DNA from: Eledone cirrhosa
Lineage: Eukaryota
DNA length: 64,000 nucleotides
Direction of reading: 5' to 3'
NCBI GenBank assembly: GCA_964016885.1
Contig: OZ024742.1
Coordinates: 151,714,001-151,778,000, forward strand
The position numbers and the translations under genes are program-made. The notes beneath the pieces are model-generated. The model had not been told where the DNA came from. It saw only the letters and a program-made list of their open reading frames with translations, and ran no database searches. Of this stretch, positions 44,291-57,100 are shown piece after piece. Position 1 is the stretch's first letter; every line of letters starts with the position of its first letter.

Positions 44291-47200
44291 TTCCTTGAAT
44301 CTCAGTCATTGATGTTGGTTAACTGGAAAGTCCGTTGGATTGAATATCAAGCCACTACCCGCAGCCTCAGATATTCAGGACGTATCGGAGGGTTCTTGCT
44401 GTTCCAAGCAAGCATGCCTTTTGAAGCGTTCCAAAAAGCGTGAAGGGGCCGATTTTCTTTAACCATCCCTGGAAACTTTTGGAGATAGTCCCTAGTGCGC
44501 CTATGACAATCGGGATCACTTTGACTTCATGGCAGTTCCAAATCCTTTTCACCTCCCACTTTAGGTCCTGGTATCGGTTAATTTTCTCCCTCTCCTTCTC
44601 TTGCACTCTCGTGTCGAACGGGCAGGCCACATCCACAATCAGGCACGATCTTTTTTCTTTGTCCACAACCACCAGGTCAGGTCTATTGTGTTCCAGTTTT
44701 TTGTCCGTCTGTATCCTAAAATCCCACAGCACCTTCACCTGATTGTTCTCCATCACCGCCTCTGGCCTATGCGCATACCATTTCTCAGAATGTGGTAGAT
44801 TGTTTACTTTGCACAGGTGCCAGTGGATCACCCTGCCCATCACATCGTGTCTCCAGCCCTTATAGTGGGTCTGGGCTAGGTGTTTATACTCGGACACAAT
44901 GTGAGCCACAGTCTCCTCTCTCTCTCCACAGATCCTGCACAGTGGGCTAGCCTCCTCCTTGTAGATATGGTGCTTCAACCACTTCGCTTTGAGGGCCTGC
45001 TCCTGCGCAGCCATTAGCATTCCTTCTGTAGCCTTTTTGAGGTCTCCTCTTCTCAACCAGTTCCATGTCTGTGGATCTCTAAATTCAGTTTTCTCAAAGA
45101 AGGTACTATGAAGGGGTTTTCCCTTAAGGCTGCTCTTCCTCCTTGATGTTATTTCCTCCCTGGACATCCCCTGGCCTACTGTCCCCTCCTTCAGTACACC
45201 TCTGAGCATTGGCTCCTTACTATAGGTCACGTATTTGTATAGGTTGTTTTTCTCCATCTGAACACAGTCCTCTATGCTGATAAGACCTCTTCCACCCTCA
45301 GATCTCCTTAGGTAGAGTCTATCGACATCACTCCTCTTGTGGAACATGTTGTAGATAGTCAATAGCTTCCTAGTCTTCCTATCCATTTCTTTCTGTTCAG
45401 CAACATTCCATCTCAGAATTCCCGCACTGTACCTAATAATAGACACAGCTCGGGAATTTACTGCGCTTATGGCATTTCTGCTGTTCAGATGTGACTTCAA
45501 TACGCTCCTTACTCTCCGAATGTATTCAGTTCTTAACAATTCCTTCATTTTTTTGTTCTTTATGCCATCAGCCTCCAGAACGCCCAAATACTTGTATCCT
45601 TCCTCAGAGTCAATTTCCTTTATCATCTCACCTGTTGGTATCTGGATCCCGTTACTTCTGCTCAACCTACCCCTCTTCATCACAATGACTCCACATTTAC
45701 CAATACCAAACTGCATACATATATCACTGCTAAAAATACGGACAGTGTCAACAAGCACATCCAACTCCTCACTTTTCCCGAAGAGCTTAAGATCGTCCAT
45801 GAAGAGGAGGTGATTGATGGTAAGCTCTCCCCTTCCCAACTTGTATCCTGCTCTCACTTTTCGCAGCATAATGGTCAAGGGCATCAGGGCAAGGACAAAC
45901 AACAGAGGGGACAGGCTATCTCCCTGGAAGATACCTCTCTTGATCTTCACGCTTCCCAAGGATACTCCAGTTGATGTCAACTCTGTCTCCCAGGACCCCA
46001 TACTCCTGCCTAGCAACTGTCTGATGTTATCCGCCACCCTGAAGATCTCCAGGCTTTTGGTGATCCAGGAATGAGGCACCATGTCAAATGCCTTTCTGTA
46101 GTCTATCCATCCCATGGCAAGATCAGTGTGTCTCCTCCTGCAATTCCCCATTACCATCTTATCAATAAGCAACTGGTCCTTTGTACCACGTGACTTCTTT
46201 CGGCATCCTTTCTGTTCGTCCGGTAACAAGTTGTTTGTGTGGAGGTGATGGTAGATTTCCTCAGACACAATGCTCGTCAACAGTTTCCACATTACGGGCA
46301 GACATGTGATAGGTCTATAGTTGGTAGCATCATTACCCTTGATTCGGTCTTTCATTATCAGAACTGTGGTACCTTTTGTCAACCACTCTGGCACCTCACC
46401 CGACACCAAGCAGTCATTGAACATGGCCGTCAGCTTCGGGTGGAGGGATGTTAGATGTTTAATCCAATACCCCTGCACACCATCTGGGCCTGGCGATTTC
46501 CAGTTGGTTAGTTTTTTGGCTTGTCCCTTAAGAGTTTCAACTGTGATACTCAAATCAGTCTGTTGCTGTGCCTGCTCACCGATCTCCCTCTGTACTGTCT
46601 CAATCCACCCTGCCTGGGCATTGTGTCTAACATCCTGCTCCCATATTCCTCTCCAGAATGTTTTAGTTTGCTCCGCCCCAGGGATCAAGTCGTTGCCTCT
46701 TTCTTTGCCCTCAAGCTGTCCAAACCGCATCTTCTGGTTGTTGTCGAACATGCGGTTCTGTTTATACTGACTGACTCTGTTCTCGTATCGCCTGATTTTT
46801 GCACTCTTTGCTACAATGCGTTGCTTCAATTCCTCCATGATAATATTTAGCTTTTTACTGCTAGTTTTGTATTTTATTTCCAGTCTATTTTTAGTGCCTA
46901 TGTTTTTTAGTGTCCCATTCAGTAGTGACTCAAGCTTTCCTCTATCATTTCTCATTTCCCCGATTTGCCCACTCAGTCGCTTCTTCCACCACGGCTCTGC
47001 TCTTTCTTGTCTGTTGTTTCCTCTCGCTTTTATACCAAGTAGTTTCCTCACCGTATTTGCTGTTGCTCTGAGGATATTGTTGCACTGGTGAAGGCTCCTC
47101 GCCTCAAGGTATGGGATGACTTTGTTTACCTTAGCTGTTGTTTCTTTTAACTTTTTCGTGTCTACAAATCTTAGGTTCATAGGTCTCCCACTATCATTGT

Positions 47201-49502
47201 TCAATTCATCTACCACTAAATTTAGGATGTCAACCGAATCTTGTCCTAGCCCGTCAGCACTCATCTCCTCAGTGGCCGTATCTCTGTTCCAGGTATTATT
47301 TATCTCAGTACTCAGATCATTGTCTGCTTCGGGTGGTTCCTCCGTTCTCAGGACCTCCTCACCTTCATTTCCCACCGGCTCGCTTGTCTGGCATACTACA
47401 CCCGCCATCTCCAAGCCATTCTCTCTGCTCAGTTCCTCCAGTTCCAGCTCGCTTATCCACCCATTAGTTCTTATTACCCGAGCCTGCCCGGCCAATTTTT
47501 GTTCATCTAATTTATATAAACCAATCTCGTTCCAGATGTTATGCATCCGTCTCCTGTAGCCCCTCTCCTTGGGGTTACTTTTCAGGTAGCATTGCATAAC
47601 AGTTCTATTCAATTCTTTCGTCCAGTTGGTTCTGGCCCCTTTCCTTCTTCTCCTTCCTCCAACATCAGCAGTATTTGGTTGACAGTCAGGTTCCTGCTGC
47701 TGAGCCAGGGGGCACCTGTTGGGTGAGTCTGTCACATGACGTTCTAGTCTCCATTTCACCGTTATTCGAACTGTTTATGTTCGATATTTAAACACTCTTA
47801 TCGAGGATTGGCGAATGTATGTTTATTTAGCCATCTGTGGATCCGCCATCCCACTTGGCCCTTGTGTGGCATTATCACCACGCTGTATACGAACACACAT
47901 AAACAAACAAACACACAGGCAGAAAGGGCCCCAGAAATGAATAAGCATAAGTTTCATTGTAATGTAGTGTTCGAATGTCTGACTTAGTTTTAGTTTTTTA
48001 AGTTTTACTTTTTCCCCCCTCTTCTCTGTCCGTCCGCCTGCTTCTCTCTTCATTCTTATTTTCTTTACGTTTTTGGGGTTTCTTTTTTTTTGTTTTTGTT
48101 TTTCTCTGTTTGTTTTTCTCGTTTTTTGCTGTTGTTGCTGTGCTGCTTTGGTTTTGTTGTTTGTTTTTTCTTTTTTCTGTTGGGTCTATCTATATATTTT
48201 GATGCCTTCCTCTTTGTTAGTAGTAGGAATTCTATAATGTTGGAGTAGCAGTCAGCAGGGAAGTGGGAGACTGGCGGCGTTAGCGATACTGAGACAGTGG
48301 TGGTGGTGATGTCGATACCGAGGCAGTGGTGGCGGTGATGTGACCGTATTACTGCAGTGATGGTGCTGTAGCGGAGTCAAGGGGTGGTGGCGGCGGTGCT
48401 GGGATAGTGGTGGTAATGATGGCCGTAGTGAGCGGTGGCGGTGAAGGTGAAAATGTGTCGTTATCTGGCTGTTGTGTTTAGTGTACACAGATGATGGGGT
48501 GGGTGGTGTATCTAGTTTCTGGTGTTGGTGAGTTTAGCTGTCCTATATAGTGTAGCCAGAGGAGAGGAGGGGAGGGGTTCTTCTTCCATTTATAGCCATT
48601 TTTTTTTTTTAGATATACAGTGCACAATACAACGTTGAACATCCGAATATTTGAGCCCTATAACAATATATTTTCTTTACGTTTTGAGCCTTATAACAAT
48701 ATATTTTCTTTACGTTTTGAGCCTTATAACAATATATTTTCTTTACGTTTTGGGGGTTTCTTTTTTTTGTTTTTGTTTTTCTCTGTTTGTTTTTCTCTTT
48801 TTTTTATCCTGTTGTTGCTGTGCTGCTTTGGTTTTGTTGTTTGTTTTTTCTTTTTTCTTTTGGATCTATCTATATATTTTGATGCCTTCCTCTTTGTTAG
48901 TAGTAGGAATTCTATAATGTGGGAGTAGCAGCCAGCAGGGAAGTGGGAGACTGGCGGCGTTGGCGATACTGAGACAGTGGTGGTGGTGATGTCGATACCG
49001 AGGCAGTGGTGGCGGTGATGTGACCGTATTACTGTAGTGATGGTGCTGTAGCGGAGTCAAGGGGTGGTGGCGGCGGTGATGGGATAGTGGTGGTAATGAT
49101 GGCCGTAGTGAGCGGTGGCGGTGAAAGTGAAAATGTGTCGTTATCTGGCTGTTGTGTTTAGTGTACACATATGATGGGGTGGGTGGTGTATCTAGTTTCT
49201 GGTGTTGGTGAGTTTAGCTGTCCTATATAGTGTAGCCAGAGGAGAGGAGGGGAGGGGTTCTTCTTCCATTTATAGCCATTTTTTTTTTTTGGATATACAG
49301 TGTACAATACAAAGTTGAATACTTGAATATTTGAGCCTTATAACAATATATTTTGGGTCCGAATTTTTTGGGGCTCAAGCCGGGTGCTCTACGTAGCATT
49401 TGTGCTAAGAGTTGTTATTTCACAAATGGTTTAAATATGTTAAAAATTCAAAACTTACGGGAGCGATTTCATGACCTCCGTCACCTCGTGCGTCTTCTTC
49501 CC
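44291..49502 (-). mobile_element. Full-length R4/Dong family B copy B1
   Basis: Same 5' terminus (GGGAAGAAGACGCAC) and 3' UTR as B2 and B3; (TTA)n on both sides. Confidence 0.93.
44367..47759 (-). CDS. R4/Dong polyprotein B1 (RT-CCHC-RLE), probably defective
   Basis: WKSPGPD, NYRPITCL, GIFQGDSLSP, FMDD, RHD, NRPD; 2-nt deletion near the ATG relative to B2/B3, one codon lost (KSEELD) and last CCHC Cys changed to Tyr. Confidence 0.88.
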   Translation of the reverse strand: MKWRLERHVTDSPNRCPLAQQQEPDCQPNTADVGGRRRRKGARTNWTKELNRTVMQCYLKSNPKERGYRRRMHNIWNEIGLYKLDEQKLAGQARVIRTNGWISELELEELSRENGLEMAGVVCQTSEPVGNEGEEVLRTEEPPEADNDLSTEINNTWNRDTATEEMSADGLGQDSVDILNLVVDELNNDSGRPMNLRFVDTKKLKETTAKVNKVIPYLEARSLHQCNNILRATANTVRKLLGIKARGNNRQERAEPWWKKRLSGQIGEMRNDRGKLESLLNGTLKNIGTKNRLEIKYKTSSKKLNIIMEELKQRIVAKSAKIRRYENRVSQYKQNRMFDNNQKMRFGQLEGKERGNDLIPGAEQTKTFWRGIWEQDVRHNAQAGWIETVQREIGEQAQQQTDLSITVETLKGQAKKLTNWKSPGPDGVQGYWIKHLTSLHPKLTAMFNDCLVSGEVPEWLTKGTTVLIMKDRIKGNDATNYRPITCLPVMWKLLTSIVSEEIYHHLHTNNLLPDEQKGCRKKSRGTKDQLLIDKMVMGNCRRRHTDLAMGWIDYRKAFDMVPHSWITKSLEIFRVADNIRQLLGRSMGSWETELTSTGVSLGSVKIKRGIFQGDSLSPLLFVLALMPLTIMLRKVRAGYKLGRGELTINHLLFMDDLKLFGKSEELDVLVDTVRIFSSDICMQFGIGKCGVIVMKRGRLSRSNGIQIPTGEMIKEIDSEEGYKYLGVLEADGIKNKKMKELLRTEYIRRVRSVLKSHLNSRNAISAVNSRAVSIIRYSAGILRWNVAEQKEMDRKTRKLLTIYNMFHKRSDVDRLYLRRSEGGRGLISIEDCVQMEKNNLYKYVTYSKEPMLRGVLKEGTVGQGMSREEITSRRKSSLKGKPLHSTFFEKTEFRDPQTWNWLRRGDLKKATEGMLMAAQEQALKAKWLKHHIYKEEASPLCRICGEREETVAHIVSEYKHLAQTHYKGWRHDVMGRVIHWHLCKVNNLPHSEKWYAHRPEAVMENNQVKVLWDFRIQTDKKLEHNRPDLVVVDKEKRSCLIVDVACPFDTRVQEKEREKINRYQDLKWEVKRIWNCHEVKVIPIVIGALGTISKSFQGWLKKIGPFTLFGTLQKACLLGTARTLRYVLNI

Positions 49503-49514
49503 TTATTATTATTC

Positions 49515-49567
<53 letters not shown>

Positions 49568-49588
49568 TTATTATTATTATTGTTGTTA

Positions 49589-52500
49589 TTCCTTGAATCT
49601 CAGTCATTGATGTTGGTTAACTGGAAAGTCCGTTGGAATGAATATCAAGCCACTACCTGCAGCCTCAGATATTCAGGACGTATCGGAGGGTTCTTGCTGT
49701 TCCAAGCAAGCATGCCTTTTGAAGCGTTCCAAAAAGCGTGAAGGGGCCGATTTTCTTTAACCATCCCTGGAAACTTTTGGAGATAGTCCCCAGTGCGCCT
49801 ATGACAATCGGGATCACTTTGACTTCATGGCAGTTCCAAATCCTTTTCACCTCCCACTTTAGGTCCTGGTATCGGTTAATTTTCTCCCTCTCCTTCTCTT
49901 GCACTCTCGTGTCGAACGGGCAGGCCACATCCACAATCAGGCACGATCTTTTTTCTTTGTCCACAACCACCAGGTCAGGTCTATTGTGTTCCAGTTTTTT
50001 GTCCGTTTGTATCCTAAAATTCCACAACACCTTCACCTGATTGTTCTCCATCACCGCCTCTGGCCTATGCTCATACCATTTCTCAGAATGTGGTAAATTG
50101 TTTACTTTGCACAGGTGCCAGTGGATCACCCTGCCCATCACATCGTGTCTCCAGCCCTTATAGTGGGTCTGGGCTAGGTGTTTACACTCGGACACAATGT
50201 GAGCCACAGTCTCCTCTCTCTCTCCACAGATCCTGCACAGTGGGCTAGCCTCCTCCTTGTAAATATGGTGCTTCAACCACTTCGTTTTGAGGGCCTGCTC
50301 CTGCGCAGCCATTAGCATTCCTTCTGTAGCCTTTTTGAGGTCTCCTCCTCTCAACCAGTTCCATGTCTGTGGATATCTAAATTCAGTTTTCTCAAAGAAG
50401 GTACTATGAAGGGATTTTCCCTTAAGGCTGCTCTTCCTCCTTGATGTTATTTCCTCCTTGGACATCCCCTGGCCTACTGTCCCCTCCTTCAGTACAGTTC
50501 TGAGCATTGGCTCCTTACTATAGGTCACGTATTTGTATAGGTTGTTTTTCTCCATCTGAACACAGTACTCTATGCTGATAAGACCTCATCCACCCTCAGA
50601 TCTCCTTAGGTAGAGTCTATCGACATCACTCCTCTTGTGGAACATGTTGTAGATAGTCAATAGCTTCCTAGTCTTCCTATCCATTTCTTTTTGTTCAGCA
50701 ACATTCAATCTCAGAATTCCCGCACTGTACCTAATAATAGACACAGCTCGGGAATTTACTGCGCTTATGGTATTTCTGCTGTTCAGATGTGACATCTATA
50801 CGCTCCTTACTCTCCGAATGTATTCAGTTCTTAACAATTCCTTCATTTTTTTGTTCTTTATGCCATCAGCCTCCAGAATGCCCAAATACTTGTATCCTTC
50901 CTCAGAGTCAATTTCCTTTATCATCTCACCTGTTGGTATCTGGATCCCGTTACTTCTTCTCAACCTACCCCTCTTCATCACAATGACTCCACATTTACTA
51001 ATACCAAACTGCATACATATATCACTGCTGAAAATACGGACAGTGTCAACAAGCACATCCAACTCCTTCTCACTTTTCCCGAAGAGCTTAAGATCGTCCA
51101 TGAAGAGGAGGTGATTGATGGTAAGCTCTCCCTTTCCCAACTTGTATCCTGCTCTCACTTTTCGCAGCATAATGGTCAAGGGCATCAGGGCAAGGACAAA
51201 CAACAGAGGGGACAGGCTCTCTCCCTGGAAGATACCTCTCTTCATCTTCACGCTTCCCAAGGATACTCCAGTTGATGTCAACTCTGTCTCCTAGGACCCC
51301 ATACTCCTGCCCAGCAACTGTCTGATGTTATCTGCCACCCTGAAGATCTCCAGGCTTTTGGTGATCCAAGAATGAGGCACCATGTCAAATGCCTTTCTGT
51401 AGTCTATCCATCCCATGGCAAGATCAGTGTGTCTCCTCCTGCAATTCCCCATCACCATCTTATCAATAAGTAACTGGTCCTTTGTACCACGTGACTTCTT
51501 TCGGCATCCTTTCTGTTCGTCCGGTAACAAGTTGTTTGTGTGGAGGTGATGGTAGATTTCCTCAGACACAATGCTCGTCAACAGTTTCCACATTACGGAC
51601 AGACATGTGATAGGTCTATAGTTGGTAACATCATTACCCTTGATTCGGTCTTTCATTATCAGAACTGTGGTACCTTTTGTCAACCACTCTGGCACCTCAC
51701 CCGACACCAAGCAGTCATTGAACATGGCCGTCAGCTTCGGGTGGAGGGATGTTAAATTTTTAATCCAATACCCCTGCACACCATCTGGGCCTGGTGATTT
51801 CCAGTTGATTAGTTTTTTGGCCTGCCCCTTAAGAGTTTCAACTGTGATACTCAAATCAGTTTGTTGGTGTGCCTGCTCACCGATCTCCCTCTGTACTGTC
51901 CCAATCCACCCTGCCTGGACATTATGTCCAACATCCTGCTCCCATATTCCTCTCCAGAATGTTTTAGTTTTCTCCGCCCCAAGTATCAAGTCGTTGCCTC
52001 TTTCTTTCCCCTCAAGCTGTCCAAACAGCATCTTCTGGTTGTTGTCGAACATGCGGTTCTGTTTATACTGACTGACTCTGTTCTCGTATCGCCTGATTTT
52101 TGCACTCTTTGCTACAATGCGTTGCTTCAGTTCCTCTATGATAATATTTAGCTTTTTCCTCCTAGTTTTGTACTTTATTTCCAGTCTATTTTTAGTGCCT
52201 ATGTTTTTTAGTGTCCCATTCAGTAGTGACTCAAGCTTTCCTATGTCATTTCTCATTTCCCCGATTTGACCACTCAGTCGTTTCTTCCACCACGGCTCTG
52301 CTCTTTCTTGTCTGTTGTTTCCTCTCGCTTTTATACCAAGTAGTTTCCTCACCGTATTTGCTGTTGCTTTGAGGATATTGTTGCACTGGTGAAGGCTCCT
52401 CGCCTCAAGGTATGGGATGACTTTGTTTACCTTAGCTGTTGTTTCTTTTAACTTTTTCCTGTCTACAAATCTTAGGTTCATAGGTCTCCCACTATCATTG

Positions 52501-54121
52501 TTCAATTCATCTACCACTAAATTTAGGATGTCAACCGAATCTTGTCCTAGCCCGTCAGCATTCATCTCCTCAGTGGCCGTATCTCTGTTCCAGGTATTTT
52601 TTATCTCAGTATTCAGATCATTGTCTGCTCCGGGTGGTTCCTCCGTTCTCAGGACCTCTTCACCTTCATTTCCCACTGGCTCGCTTGTCTGGCATACTAC
52701 ACCCGCCATCTCCAAGCCATTCTCTCTGCTCAGTTCCTCCAGTTCCAGCTCGCTTATCCACCCATTAGTTCTTATTACCCGAGCCTGCCCGGCCAATTTT
52801 TGTTCATCTAATTTAAATAGACCAATCTCGTTTCAGATGTTATGCATCCGTCTCCTGTAGCCCCTCTCCTTGGGGTTACTTTTCAGGTAACATTGCATAA
52901 CAGTTCTATTCAATTCTTTAGTCCAGTTGGTTCTGGCCCCTTTCCTTCTTCTTCTTCCTCCAACATCAGCAGTATTTGGTTGACAGTCAGGTTCCTGCTG
53001 CTGAGCCAGGGGGCACCTGTTGGGTGAGAGTCTGTCACATGACGTTCTAGTCTCCATTTCACCGTTATTCGAACTGTTTATGTTCGATATTTAAACACTC
53101 TTATCGAGGATTGGCGAATGTATGGTTACATAGCCATCTGTGGATTCGCCGTTCCACTTGGCCCTTGTGTGGCATTATCACCACGCTGTATACGAACACA
53201 CATAAACAAACAAACACACAGGCAGAAAGGGCCCCAAAAATGAATAAGCATAAGTTTCATTGTAATGTAGTGTTCGAATGTCTGACTTAGTTTTTGTTTT
53301 TTTAGTTTTAGTTTCCCCCCACCCCCTCTTCTCTGTCCGTCCGCCTGCTTCTTTCTTCATTCTTATTTTCTTTACGTTTTTTTGTTTTTGTTTTTTCTCT
53401 GTTTGTTTTTCTCGTTTTTTGCTGTTGTTGCTGTGCTGCTTTGGTTTTGTTGTTTGTTTTTTCTTTTTTCTTTTGAGTCTATCTATATATTTATTTTGAT
53501 GCCTTCCTCTTTTTTAGTAGTAGGAATTCTATAATGTGGTGGCAGCTAGGTGAAGTGGAGGACTGGCGGCGGTAGCGATACTGAGACAGTGGTGGTGGTG
53601 ATGCCGATACCGAGGCAGTGGTGGTGGCGATGTGATCGTATTACTGTGGTGATGGTGTTGTAGCGGTGGTAGCAGTGAAGGAGTGAAGGAGTGGTGATGG
53701 GATAGTGATGGTAATGATGGCCGTAGTGAGCGGTGGCGGTGAAGGTGAACATGTGTCGTTATCTGGCTGTTGTGTTTAGTGTACACAGGTGATGAGGTGG
53801 GTGGTGTATCTAGTTTCTGGTGTTGGTGAGTTTGGCTGTTCTATATAGTGTAGACAGAGGAGAGGAGGGGGGGGGGGTTCTTCTTCCATTTATAGCCATT
53901 TTCTTTTTTGGATATACAGTGTACAATACAAAGTTGAATATTTGAATATTTGAGCCTTATAACAATATATTTTGGTTCCGAATTTGTTGGGGCTCAAGCC
54001 GGGTGCTTTACGTAGCATTTGTACTAAGAGTTGTTATTTCACAAATGATTTAAATATGTTAAAAATTCAAAACTTACGGGAGCGATTTCATGACCTCCGC
54101 CACCTTGTGCGTCTTCTTCCC
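49589..54121 (-). mobile_element. Full-length R4/Dong family B copy B2
   Basis: Collinear with B3; (TTA)n on both sides. Confidence 0.93.
49665..53057 (-). pseudogene. Disrupted R4/Dong polyprotein B2
   Basis: Split into five ORFs by stops at ~52833, ~51291 and ~50586 and a frameshift at ~50796. Confidence 0.92.
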
Positions 54122-54164
54122 TTATTTTATTATTATTATTTTATTATTATTATTGTTATTGTTA

Positions 54165-57100
54165 TTCCTTGAATCTCAGTCATTGATGTTGGTTAACTGG
54201 AAAGTCCGTTGGATTGAATATCAAGCCACTACCTGCAGCCTCAGATATTCAGGACGTATCGGAGGGTTCTTGCCGTTCCAAGCAAGCATGCCTTTTGAAG
54301 CGTTCCAAAAAGCGTGAAGGGGCCGATTTTCTTTAACCATCCCTGGAAACCTTTGGAGATAGTCCCCAGTGCGCCTATGACAATCGGGATCACTTTGACT
54401 TCATGGCAGTTCCAAATCCTTTTCACCTCCCACTTTAGGTCCTGGTATCGGTTAATTTTCTCCCTCTCCTTCTCTTGCACTCTCGTGTCGAACGGGCAGG
54501 CCACATCCACAATCAGGCACGATCTTTTTTCTTTGTCCACAACCACCAGGTCAGGTCTATTGTGTTCCAGTTTTTTGTCCGTCTGTATCCTAAAATCCCA
54601 CAGCACCTTCACCTGACTGTTCTCCATCACCGCCTCTGGCCTATGCTCATACCATTTCTCAGAATGTGGTAGATTGTTTACTTTGCACAGGTGCCAGTGG
54701 ATCACCCTGCCCATCACATCGTGTCTCCAGCCCTTATAGTGGGTCTGGGCTAGGTGTTTACACTCGGACACAATGTGAGCCACAGTCTCCTCTCTCTCTC
54801 CACAGATCCTGCACAGTGGGCTAGCCTCCTCCTTGTAGATATGGTGCTTCAACCACTTCGTTTTGAGGGCCTGCTCCTGCGCAGCCATTAGCATTCCTTC
54901 TGTAGCCTTTTTGAGGTCTCCTCTTCTCAACCAGTTCCATGTCTGTGGATCTCTAAATTCAGTTTTCTCAAAGAAGGTACTATGAAGGGATTTTCCCTTA
55001 AGGCTGCTCTTCCTCCTTGATGTTATTTCCTCCTTGGTTATCCCCTGGCCTACTGTCCCCTCCTTCAGTACAGCTCTGAGCATTGGCTCCTTACTATAGG
55101 TCACGTATTTGTATAGGTTGTTTTTCTCCATCTGAACACAGTCCTCTATGCTGATAAGACCTCTTCCACCCTCAGATCTCCTTAGGTAGAGTCTATCGAC
55201 ATCACTCCTCTTGTGGAACATGTTGTAGATAGTCAATAGCTTCCTAGTCTTCCTATCCATTTCTTTTTGTTCAGCAACATTCCATCTCAGAATTCCCGCA
55301 CTGTACCTAATAATAGACACAGCTCGGGAATTTACTGCGCTTATGGCATTTCTGCTGTTCAGATGTGACTTCAATACGCTCCTTACTCTCCGAATGTATT
55401 CAGTTCTTAACAATTCCTTCATTTTTTTGTTCTTTATGCCATCAGCCTCCAGAACGCCCAAATACTTGTATCCTTCCTCAGAGTCAATTTCCTTTATCAT
55501 CTCACCTGTTGGTATCTGGATCCCGTTACTTCTGCTCAACCTACCCCTCCTCATCACAATGACTCCACATTTACCAATACCAAACTGCATACATATATCA
55601 CTGCTGAAAATACGGACAGTGTCAACAAGCACATCCAACTCCTTCTCACTTTTCCCGAAGAGCTTAAGATCGTCCATGAAGAGGAGGTGATTGATGGTAA
55701 GCTCTCCCCTTCCCAACTTGTATCCTGCTCTCACTTTTCGCAGCATAATGGTCAAGGGCATCAGGGCAAGGACAAACAACAGAGGGGACAGGCTATCTCC
55801 CTGGAAGATACCTCTCTTGATCTTCACGCTTCCCAAGGATACTCCAGTTGATGTCAACTCTGTCTCCCAGGACCCCATACTCCTGCCCAGCAACTGTCTG
55901 ATGTTATCTGCCACCCTGAAGATCTCCAGGCTTTTGGTGATCCAGGAATGAGGCACCATGTCAAATGCCTTTCTGTAGTCTATCCATCCCATGGCAAGAT
56001 CAGTGTGTCTCCTCCTGCAATTCCCCATTACCATCTTATCAATAAGCAACTGGTCCTTTGTACCACGTGACTTCTTTCGGCATCCTTTCTGTTCGTCCGG
56101 CAACAAGTTGTTTGTGTGGAGGTGATGGTAGATTTCCTCAGACACAATGCTCGTCAACAGTTTCCACATTACGGGCAGACATGTGATAGGTCTATAGTTG
56201 GTAACATCATTACCCTTGATTCGGTCTTTCATTATCAGAACTGTGGTACCTTTTGTCAACCACTCTGGCACCTCACCCGACACCAAGCAGTCATTGAACA
56301 TGGCCGTCAGCTTCGGGTGGAGGGATGTTAAATGTTTAATCCAATACCCCTGCACACCATCTGGGCCTGGTGATTTCCAGTTGGTTAGTTTTTTGGCTTG
56401 CCCCTTAAGAGTTTCAACTGTGATACTCAAATCAGTCTGTTGCTGTGCCTGCTCACCGATCTCCCTCTGTACTGTCTCAATCCACCCTGCCTTGGCATTG
56501 TGTCTAACATCCTGCTCCCATATTCCTCTCCAGAATGTTTTAGCTTGTTCCGCCCCAGGGATCAAGTCGGTGCCTCTTTCTTTCCCCTCAAGCTGTCCAA
56601 ACAGCATCTTCTGGTTGTTGTCGAACATGCGGTTCTGTTTATACTGACTGACTCTGTTCTCGTATCGCCTGATTTTGGCACTCTTTGCTACAATGCGTTG
56701 CTTCAATTCCTCTATGATAATATTTAGCTTTTTACTCCTAGTTTTGTATTTTATTTCCAGTCTATTTTTAGTGCCTATGTTTTTTAGTGTCCCATTCAGT
56801 AGTGACTCAAGCTTTCCTATGTCATTTCTCATTTCCCCGATTTGCCCACTCAGTCGCTTCTTCCACCACGGCTCTGCTCTTTCTTGTCTGTTGTTTCCTC
56901 TCGCTTTTATACCAAGTAGTTTCCTCACCGTATTTGCTGTTGCTTTGAGGATATTGTTGCACTGGTGAAGACTCCTCGCCTCAAGGTATGGGATGACTTT
57001 GTTTACCTTAGCTGTTGTTTCTTTTAACTTTTTCCTGTCTACAAATCTTAGGTTCATAGGTCTCCCACTATCATTGTTCAACTCATCTACCACTAAATTT